A DNA stretch of 14,416 nucleotides from Pseudomonadota bacterium (GTDB taxonomy: Bacteria; UBA10199; 2-02-FULL-44-16; JBDRGF01). Where the stretch lies: positions 1 through 14,416 of the forward strand of contig JBDRGF010000129.1 in NCBI GenBank assembly GCA_043818055.1. The letters run 5' to 3'. The stretch's first letter is position 1. Every line of letters begins with the position of its first letter. The notes beneath the pieces were generated by a model. The model ran no database searches. It was not told the DNA's origin and saw nothing but the letters and a program-made list of their open reading frames with translations. Positions 1 through 6,421 of this stretch are shown in pieces. A program made the position numbers and the translations under genes.

Positions 1-711
1 ATCCTGTTCATCTATTCAGATGCGATCATTCCATCATTTGCATTAATTTTTAAAACAGCTTTTACTCCACGGGCAGCAGGCGGCGGGGCTTTTGGCGGAC
101 TCCTCCTGATAACTATGCGGGCTGGAATTTCAAGAGGACTCTTTTCCAACGAGGCAGGGTTAGGCAGTGCGCCGATTATTCATGCCGCCGCAAAGACTAT
201 AATCCCTCTGAGAGAGGGACTAGTCGCGCTTCTGGAACCATTTACAGACACGCTAGTCATCTGCACGATGACAGCGCTCGTGATCATAGCAACAGGCAGC
301 TGGAATTCAGGGCTCTCCGATTCGCCGCTCACGATGGCCGCGTTTGAAAAGGGATTTACGGGTGGACGTTATATCGTGATTTTCGGCATCATGCTCTTTG
401 CCTATTCGACGACGATAAGCTGGAGTTATTATGGAGATCGTTCTGCAGAATATCTCTTTGGAAAAAAAGTGATTTTGCCGTTTCGTGTGATCTATTCGAT
501 CGTTCTCTTTTTCGGTGCGATCGCGAGTTCCAGCACGGCCTGGATCCAGACGGTCTGGACATACGCCGATATCTGCAACCTTCTGATGGCATTCCCAAAT
601 CTCATCGCCCTGTTGCTCCTCTCCGGCGTCGTCGCGAAGGCGATCAACGAATATTTTAAAAAAGATCCCGTGAAGGTGACCTGCCCCGGGGGCTGCCCTG
701 ATGAAGTTTGA
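1..711 (+). CDS. Alanine/glycine:cation symporter (AGCS/AlsT family), 5'-truncated by window edge
   Basis: Frame is open from base 1 (ILFIYSDAIIPSFALIFKTAFTPRAAGGGAFGG...) into the 115..711 ORF. AGCS signatures RGLFSNEAGLGSAPIIHAAA, EPFTDTLVICTMT, FAYSTTISWSYYG and LMAFPNLIALLLLS are present, with many hydrophobic segments. Confidence 0.93.
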   Translation: MLFIYSDAIIPSFALIFKTAFTPRAAGGGAFGGLLLITMRAGISRGLFSNEAGLGSAPIIHAAAKTIIPLREGLVALLEPFTDTLVICTMTALVIIATGSWNSGLSDSPLTMAAFEKGFTGGRYIVIFGIMLFAYSTTISWSYYGDRSAEYLFGKKVILPFRVIYSIVLFFGAIASSSTAWIQTVWTYADICNLLMAFPNLIALLLLSGVVAKAINEYFKKDPVKVTCPGGCPDEV

Positions 712-2137
712 AAGGCTCGATGAGTATCGGATTCTAATTCCCAAACATGGCAACATGCGCGTAGATGGCATCATTTACGCAACACAGAAGATGATGGCGG
801 ACATCGAACGAGACCCGTGTATGCAGCAGGTCGTGAATGTCGCTACACTCCCCGGTATTGTCAGGGCATCCCTTGCGATGCCGGATATCCATTGGGGATA
901 CGGTTTTCCCATCGGAGGTGTTGCCGCATTTGATGAGAGGGAAGGGATCGTCTCTCCGGGAGGCGTCGGCTTCGATATCAACTGTGGAGTGAGGCTTCTT
1001 GCGACAAAATTTAAGGTGAGTGATGTCCGGGCTCAGATGAATGATATAGTAGGATATCTCTTCAACGAAATTCCGTGTGGAGTCGGATCGACGAGGAAGG
1101 ATTTAAAACTATCCAAGGCTGATCTGAAAAAGCTTCTTCTGAAAGGTGCAAAATGGGCAGTGGAACGGGGGTTGGGCAGCAGTGCTGATCTCGATCACAT
1201 AGAGGATGGTGGTAAGATCTCCGGCGCGGATCCGGATTTGATTTCGGATCACGCCCTTGAGAGGGGCTTGCAACAGGTGGGCACACTCGGCGCTGGAAAT
1301 CACTTTGTCGAAGTTGGGTGTGTGACAGAGATTTTTGATTTCGATCTGGCTGAGGCCTTTGGAATTTCTGAGGGGGATGTCACAGTGATAGTTCATACAG
1401 GTTCCCGCGGTTTCGGCCATCAGGTCTGTCAGGATTTTCTGGGGACGATGATGGCGGCATCACACAAATATAAGATCGCGCTTGCCGACAAGCAGCTCTG
1501 CGCCGCGCCGATTCATTCGGATGAGGCAAAACAATATCTCTCATCGATGGCGTGCGCCGCTAATTTCGCATTTGCAAATCGAGAGGTGATCTCCCACTGG
1601 GTAGGGGATTCACTTGAAAAAGCATTACACACTGGCCCCAAAAATATAGGCCTTCGTCTGATATACGATGTAGCTCACAACATAGCAAAATTTGAAGAGC
1701 ACATAGTCGATGGAAAAAAACAAAGGGTCTTGGTTCACCGCAAAGGCGCCACACGCGCATTTCCCCCGCATCATCCCGATGTGCCGGGCGTTTATCGTGA
1801 TGTCGGTCAGCCGGTAATAATCCCCGGGGATATGGGCCGCTGTTCATATATTCTCGTCGGAACAGAAAAAGCTATGGAAGAGACCTTCGGTTCAACATGT
1901 CATGGCGCGGGAAGGAAGATGAGCCGACACGCGGCTAAAAAAGCCGCCAGAGGCCGCATCATCGAGAAGGAACTCGCTGAAAAAGGAATCGTTGTGAGAG
2001 GAGAATCATACGGAACGATAGCCGAGGAGATGCCTGAGGCCTACAAGGATGTGACCGATGTGGTCGATTGTGTGGCGGGAGCAGGGATCTCAAAAAAAGT
2101 AGCAAAGCTTGTCCCGCTGGGAGTGATTAAGGGATGA
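701..2137 (+). CDS. rtcB: RtcB RNA 2',3'-cyclic phosphate/5'-OH ligase (long archaeal/eukaryotic-type)
   Basis: 478 aa with MPDIHWGYGFPIGGV, GFDINCGVR, GTLGAGNHF, VHTGSRGFGH, YDVAHN, HRKGATRA, PGDMG, STCHGAGR (guanylylated His), EEMPEAYK and terminal VIKG. Start overlaps the upstream gene by 11 nt. Confidence 0.97.
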   Translation: MKFERLDEYRILIPKHGNMRVDGIIYATQKMMADIERDPCMQQVVNVATLPGIVRASLAMPDIHWGYGFPIGGVAAFDEREGIVSPGGVGFDINCGVRLLATKFKVSDVRAQMNDIVGYLFNEIPCGVGSTRKDLKLSKADLKKLLLKGAKWAVERGLGSSADLDHIEDGGKISGADPDLISDHALERGLQQVGTLGAGNHFVEVGCVTEIFDFDLAEAFGISEGDVTVIVHTGSRGFGHQVCQDFLGTMMAASHKYKIALADKQLCAAPIHSDEAKQYLSSMACAANFAFANREVISHWVGDSLEKALHTGPKNIGLRLIYDVAHNIAKFEEHIVDGKKQRVLVHRKGATRAFPPHHPDVPGVYRDVGQPVIIPGDMGRCSYILVGTEKAMEETFGSTCHGAGRKMSRHAAKKAARGRIIEKELAEKGIVVRGESYGTIAEEMPEAYKDVTDVVDCVAGAGISKKVAKLVPLGVIKG

Positions 2138-2170
2138 AAGGCAGCTATAAGCTATAAGTAAGGAGAAAAT

Positions 2171-2227
2171 GTAGTCGCAGTGTTCAGCCTGCGCATAATA
2201 ATGAAATAACGCAAGCTAAAGCTTGCG
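2171..2227. repeat. Degenerate GTAG-type REP pair (REPIN-like)
   Basis: GTAGT-CGCAG-tgttcagc-CTGCG (2171-2193) and the perfect hairpin CGCAAGC-TAAA-GCTTGCG (2210-2227) in inverted arrangement. The second copy lacks the expected terminal CTAC. Confidence 0.6.
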
Positions 2228-2236
2228 GGAGCTATA

Positions 2237-2271
2237 CTTAAGCTATTAGGTTCTTAAGCTCTCAAGCTCTT
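2237..2271. repeat. 8-nt-period tandem repeat arm upstream of the cyclase
   Basis: cttaagct attaggtt cttaagct ctcaagct ctt. 26/35 identical (manual count) to 3964-3998 in direct orientation. Confidence 0.7.
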
Positions 2272-2334
2272 GTTTTAAAGGATTAAGCAAGGACACAATC
2301 TAGTTTAACGCTTGGATCTAAGGGGGCGAATACG

Positions 2335-3951
2335 ATGTCCAAAATAGATGGATTGTCAAAACGCATTAAACGAAAATTTGATCTCCTGACTTCGATTGCC
2401 AATCTCGGCGGTGCGCTTTTAACATTTCTCTATTTCACATTCTTCGATGTGATACCGGTCGCTCCGGATCAGATGCAGATAGGGTCGGGCAAAGGCTTGG
2501 GTTTTGAGTTTCTGCTCTTTGCCGGTGTCATGATTGTCATCTTTTTTATTTCCAACAGGTGGGTCAGCTATCTCTTTGGACCGGTCTATGATTGGTTGAA
2601 TCGTCTGGAAAAAGGAGCGTCGCCTCTCGATGTTCCTCCAGAAGTTCAGAGCAAGGTGATCAGTTTTGTTCCGCAATACACGATGATCAATTTTTCAATG
2701 TGGTTGCTGGCGGACTTATTCTGGTTTCTTATTCCGCTGTCTCGCGGCGAATCTTTTGAACATGCGTTGCGGGGAACTGTTGGGTTGATAGCTGTCGGAG
2801 GCGTGTTGACTACTGCGCTCGTCTATTTCGCACTTGAGTTGATCTGGCGTCCGGTCATCCCTGTTTTTTTTCCTGAGGGTAAATTGCGCCTGGTCAAAGG
2901 GATACGCGTATCAGTTTTGACCCGGCTATTGATAGTTTTTTTGCTGATAGGGTTGTGGCCGTCTGGGTTGCTTGTAAAGCTGTCGTTGGAACGTGCCGAC
3001 GCGTTGATAGGCGCAACAAATCCGGAGGCGATTTTAAACAATTTGCTGGTGGTGGAGTTATCCATTCTTATAGTGGGGAGTTTAATTAGCGCCGGGCTGG
3101 CTATCTTTATGACGAGCGGCCTTACAGGCCCCTTGCGTGCGCTACAAAAGGCCATGGGGCGTGTGGAACAGAACGATTTTAATGTTCAGGTGCCGGAGAT
3201 ATCTAAAGACGAGTTGGGAGAGCTGGCAGAGGGGTTTAATGCGATGACCGCCGGTTTGCGCCGGGGTGACTTATTTCACAAGCTGCTCAACCTGTATGTC
3301 ACGCCAGAGGTTGCACGCGAAGCAGTCGAGCACGGTGCGACACTCGGTGGAACTTTGGCCGAGTGCACGATGCTTTTTTCTGACATTCGCGGCTTTACCA
3401 GCCTCTCTGAAAGCCTATCTCCTGATGAACTGATAACCTTACTAAACCGTTACATGAGCGCAATGGTGGCCGTCATCGCCCGACACAGAGGTATGATCAA
3501 CAAATTCGGCGGCGACTCTCTGCTGGCGGCATTCGGCACGCCGCTCAACCCGGCCACAGATCATGCCGCCCTCGCAGTTCGCACTGCTTTGGAGATGAGA
3601 CGGGCGCTGCATGAATTTAACAAAGCTCAAAAAGAGATCGGTTCGCCAACTTTGCGTATCGGCATCGGCATCGCCACAGGGATGGTCGTTGCTGGCAACA
3701 TAGGCGGCAAGGAGCGTATTGAATATACGGTCATCGGCGACACGGTTAATCTGGCTTCGCGTTTACAGGATATGACTAAAGAGTTGGATGTGGATGCCCT
3801 GATCAGCGCCAGAACATTTGAAGATGCGAGCGGAACCCTCACCTTTAAAGCAGATCCGCTCCCGCCCATTGCAATCCGCGGCAAACAGGAACCGGTCGTT
3901 GTGTATGTGTTAGGGGGAAGAGCTTTAGAGCGTGAGAGCTTGGGAGCTTAA
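2335..3951 (+). CDS. Membrane-anchored class III adenylate cyclase with HAMP domain
   Basis: About 6 hydrophobic helices, then HAMP (GPLRALQKAMGRVEQNDFNVQVPEISKDELGELAEGFNAM), then the catalytic domain LFSDIRGFT, INKFGGD, IGIGIATG, GNIG, EYTVIGDTVNLASRL. Lys/Thr specificity pair suggests ATP as substrate (class IIIb). AAGGGGG RBS upstream. Confidence 0.93.
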   Translation: MSKIDGLSKRIKRKFDLLTSIANLGGALLTFLYFTFFDVIPVAPDQMQIGSGKGLGFEFLLFAGVMIVIFFISNRWVSYLFGPVYDWLNRLEKGASPLDVPPEVQSKVISFVPQYTMINFSMWLLADLFWFLIPLSRGESFEHALRGTVGLIAVGGVLTTALVYFALELIWRPVIPVFFPEGKLRLVKGIRVSVLTRLLIVFLLIGLWPSGLLVKLSLERADALIGATNPEAILNNLLVVELSILIVGSLISAGLAIFMTSGLTGPLRALQKAMGRVEQNDFNVQVPEISKDELGELAEGFNAMTAGLRRGDLFHKLLNLYVTPEVAREAVEHGATLGGTLAECTMLFSDIRGFTSLSESLSPDELITLLNRYMSAMVAVIARHRGMINKFGGDSLLAAFGTPLNPATDHAALAVRTALEMRRALHEFNKAQKEIGSPTLRIGIGIATGMVVAGNIGGKERIEYTVIGDTVNLASRLQDMTKELDVDALISARTFEDASGTLTFKADPLPPIAIRGKQEPVVVYVLGGRALERESLGA

Positions 3952-3998
3952 GTTAAATATTTTCCTAAGTTCCTACGCTCTCAAGCTCCTAAGCTCTT
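3918..3998. repeat. Long imperfect hairpin of 8-nt tandem units; possible bidirectional terminator between convergent genes
   Basis: Arm 3918-3952 (a-agagcttt-agagcgtg-agagcttg-ggagctta-ag) matches the reverse complement of 3964-3998 at 28/35, with an 11-nt AT loop. The left arm lies inside the last codons of the cyclase. Confidence 0.8.
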
Positions 3999-4001
3999 AT
4001 T

Positions 4002-4361
4002 TCACTTCCCCCACAACATAAATACCCCAACGGCTATCAGGAATCCGCCGAAGATGCGCTTCATCATGAGGTGAGGGATTTGTATGGCGAAGTGGGCGCC
4101 GACGAGAGCGCCGATGGCGAACATCGATGCCAGAATCATCGCAGGTAATATCTGTACATTTCCGGCCTGCCAGTATTTCCACGCGGCGAGTAACCCGATA
4201 GGTGGAAGCAGCATTGCAAGAGATGTTCCCTGCGCTTCGTGCTGTGTGAATTTGAAGAGATAGACGAGGATCGGGATGATGACAACGCCACCCCCGATGC
4301 CAAAGAGCCCGCTTAAAACGCCGACCAAAAGTCCTATTCCGACAAAAGATAGATATATCAT
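4002..4361 (-). CDS. Sulfite exporter TauE/SafE (TSUP) family membrane protein, half-length
   Basis: 119 aa, hydrophobic, with GLLVGVLSGLFGIGGGVVIIPIL, AQGTSL and GALVGAHFA. GGAGA RBS upstream on the minus strand. Confidence 0.88.
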   Translation of the reverse strand: MIYLSFVGIGLLVGVLSGLFGIGGGVVIIPILVYLFKFTQHEAQGTSLAMLLPPIGLLAAWKYWQAGNVQILPAMILASMFAIGALVGAHFAIQIPHLMMKRIFGGFLIAVGVFMLWGK

Positions 4362-4462
4362 ATATGTCTCCGATATTTTTTCCTATATTGCCAATTAAGA
4401 TCGCTCTTGCAAGGTAATTTGGTGAGTGATATATCCCAACCGCGTTTGATAAATAAATATTC

Positions 4463-4533
4463 GCGGGTGTAGTTCAGTGGTAGAACACGAGCTTCCCAAG
4501 CTCGTTATGAGGGTTCGATTCCCTTCACCCGCT
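4463..4533 (+). tRNA. tRNA-Gly, anticodon CCC
   Basis: Cloverleaf: acceptor GCGGGTG/CACCCGC, D arm GTTC/GAAC, anticodon arm CGAGC-TTCCCAA-GCTCG (CCC at 4495-4497), T arm GAGGG-TTCGATT-CCCTT, discriminator T4533. CCA is not encoded (followed by CAA). Confidence 0.97.
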
Positions 4534-4574
4534 CAAATCCTTTTTTTCTCATCATCCTCATCACCTATTTCAAA

Positions 4575-4664
4575 TGGCGAATCATGTATATTTTTCTTAG
4601 TGATTCGCCAATATTTACATTGCAAAATTGGCGAATCATGCATATATTTGTATGTGATTCGCCA
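4575..4664. promoter_or_regulatory. Tandem palindromic operator-like array: two copies of TGGCGAATCA-N16-TGATTCGCCA
   Basis: Exact boxes at 4575-4584, 4601-4610, 4629-4638 and 4655-4664, with spacers of 16/18/16 bp and a 54-bp period. The repeats are certain; the operator role is inferred. Confidence 0.75.
4620..4648 (+). promoter_or_regulatory. Putative sigma70 promoter of the ATPase gene
   Basis: TTGCAA (4620-4625), 17 bp, TATATT (4643-4648). Strong RBS AAGGAGGTG at 4681-4689 before TTG 4694. Confidence 0.55.
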
Positions 4665-4693
4665 TCATATTTTGGATGTGAAGGAGGTGCCCA

Positions 4694-6199
4694 TTGGAGA
4701 TACAGGGTTATCATATTGAGAAAAATCCCTCATTTGTGGGAAGAAGGGATGAAATTCGAAGGTTGGATGAAATAGTCGAAAGGAAGAGGGCAAGCTTTAT
4801 AGTGGTTTATGGAAGAAGGAGGGTGGGGAAGACGGAGCTGATTGAACAATATTTTTGCAATGATACGGTTTTAAAGTTTGAGGGGATCGAAATCGACAAA
4901 GAGGATGTGAGAAATTATGACGAGAGGCAAAAATTCCAAATCGATCAGTCGCTCAAGCGTCTTGCCAAATATCTGGACAACCCTCTTATCGGAAAGGTTC
5001 AATGCCGGACGTGGGGCGATTTTTTCGATATTTTAAGCGAAGTCGCCACTAAACAAAATGTTGTCATCTACTTTGAAGAGATTCAATGGCTGGCTAATTA
5101 TGAATCTCATTTTTTCTCCGAGCTGAAGCCATTTTGGGACGATCGCTGGAGACATAATGAGAAATTAAAACTGGTGATCTGCGGTTCCTCCACCTCTTTT
5201 ATAGTAGGCCAATTGTTGAGCAACAAGGCGATATATTCAAGATCGCAGGAGGAGTTCCATCTAAGGGAGTTCAACCTCATGGAGATCAGGGATTATCTGG
5301 GGAACAAGGGGCACAAGGAGACTATGTTGGCTCAATTGACGGTAGGGGGGATTCCTGAATATCTCGGCAGATTGAAAGAAAAGGGGACCGTGCTCTCAAA
5401 CCTTTGTAAAAACTCCTTCAGGCCGGATGCTTTTTTTAGTCTGGAAAAGGATAAAATTTTCATCAGCAGTTTGAGCCGCAACCACAACTACCAGAAGATC
5501 GTGGAATATTTGGGGAGATGTAAATTTGCAACGGCACTTGAGATAACCAAAGCGATAAAAGGCGATAGCGCAGGTGGGGGATCTGTAACCCGATTGTTAG
5601 AGGATCTGTCCCGCTGTGGATTTATCAAAAGATATACGCCGATTCATAAGGATGATCAGAGCAAGTTGATAAGATATTCGATCTCTGATGAATATCTGCA
5701 ATTCTATTTTCGGTTCATCAAACCCAAGCTTACAAAGATACAAAATAAGTCTTATGTGGAAAATACTTTGCAGGGAATCAATAAAAGATCATTTGAAACG
5801 GTTATGGGATTTAATTTTGAGAGGTGGTGTCAAAAAAACGCGAGCCTTTTTGCAAAAATTTTGGGATTTTCCGGTGTCGAATATGAGTCAGGATCATTTT
5901 TTGATGCCAAAACACAAATGCAGGAAAAGGGATTTCAAATAGATCTCATGTATATCATCAAAGGCAGCAAAATCATCATTTGTGAGATTAAATTTTATGA
6001 TGGTTTGGTTGATAACAGGGTTTGTGAAGAGGTGAAGCGAAAGATAGAGCTCTTTCAATTGTCGATGCAAAGATACAAAAATTATACTTATGAAGCGGTT
6101 CTCATCACCACTGAAGGAGTCAGGGATTCAGCGACCATCCAGGCTACATTCGATCACATTATCACATTTGAAGATATCTTCGATGAAAGATACTGGTGA
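4694..6199 (+). CDS. P-loop ATPase (archaeal ATPase/ATPase_2-like) with probable wHTH and C-terminal DUF234-like PD-(D/E)XK nuclease domain
   Basis: NPSFVGRRDE, Walker A VYGRRRVGKT, Walker B-like VIYFEEIQW, ICGSS, GGIPEYL, helical VTRLLEDL..GFI region, C-terminal GFNFERWC...QIDL...IICEIKF. TTG start with a strong RBS. Confidence 0.85.
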   Translation: MEIQGYHIEKNPSFVGRRDEIRRLDEIVERKRASFIVVYGRRRVGKTELIEQYFCNDTVLKFEGIEIDKEDVRNYDERQKFQIDQSLKRLAKYLDNPLIGKVQCRTWGDFFDILSEVATKQNVVIYFEEIQWLANYESHFFSELKPFWDDRWRHNEKLKLVICGSSTSFIVGQLLSNKAIYSRSQEEFHLREFNLMEIRDYLGNKGHKETMLAQLTVGGIPEYLGRLKEKGTVLSNLCKNSFRPDAFFSLEKDKIFISSLSRNHNYQKIVEYLGRCKFATALEITKAIKGDSAGGGSVTRLLEDLSRCGFIKRYTPIHKDDQSKLIRYSISDEYLQFYFRFIKPKLTKIQNKSYVENTLQGINKRSFETVMGFNFERWCQKNASLFAKILGFSGVEYESGSFFDAKTQMQEKGFQIDLMYIIKGSKIIICEIKFYDGLVDNRVCEEVKRKIELFQLSMQRYKNYTYEAVLITTEGVRDSATIQATFDHIITFEDIFDERYW

Positions 6200-6216
6200 T
6201 GTGTAGAATATATTAT

Positions 6217-6416
6217 GGGCACCTCTAAAAACCTCTATTTCCCCCCTATGGTGTCATTGCGAGGAGCCAGCACGGCGACGTGGCAATCTAGGTTTTATAG
6301 GTATTACCCCGATATTCTTATTCCCGCTTCGCAGGTCAAAGGCAGGGGGGCTCGAGTCTGCCACGCCTCCATCCAGGAGGCTCGCGATGACAAACTGGAG
6401 GTTTTTAGAGGTGCCC
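6217..6416. mobile_element. MITE-like element (200 bp) with 19-bp perfect terminal inverted repeats and nested palindrome
   Basis: GGGCACCTCTAAAAACCTC (6217-6235) / GAGGTTTTTAGAGGTGCCC (6398-6416), with TTAT on both flanks (6213-6216, 6417-6420). Inner TGTCATTGCGAG...CGTGGCAATCT (6252-6289) faces GAGTCTGCCACG...CTCGCGATGACA (6354-6392). Confidence 0.75.
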
Positions 6417-6421
6417 TTATT

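Noticed and set aside
701..2137. Intein or intron in rtcB
   Set aside because: The length (478 aa) and continuous motif order leave no room for an insertion.
4407..4435. tRNA promoter TTGCAA-17-TATATC
   Set aside because: Plausible, but the -10 lacks the conserved final T, so support is too weak to list.
4575..4664. Mini-CRISPR array
   Set aside because: Units are 10 bp, alternate in orientation and have 16-18-bp spacers. No cas genes are in the window.
4477..4775. ORFs 4477..4719 and 4584..4775
   Set aside because: They overlap the tRNA and the operator array, and their repeated peptides (GESCI) merely translate the DNA boxes.
701..6199. Joint RtcB-tRNA-nuclease damage/repair system, or cyclase-ATPase cyclic-nucleotide defence system (Pycsar/CBASS-like)
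   Set aside because: The genes are not in one operon (separated by repeats, an opposite-strand gene and a separate promoter). The cyclase is an ordinary membrane HAMP type, and no cyclic-nucleotide-binding effector is present.
4510..6421. attL/attR duplication of the tRNA 3' end
   Set aside because: No second copy of TTCGATTCCCTTCACCCGC was found by eye, and there is no integrase.
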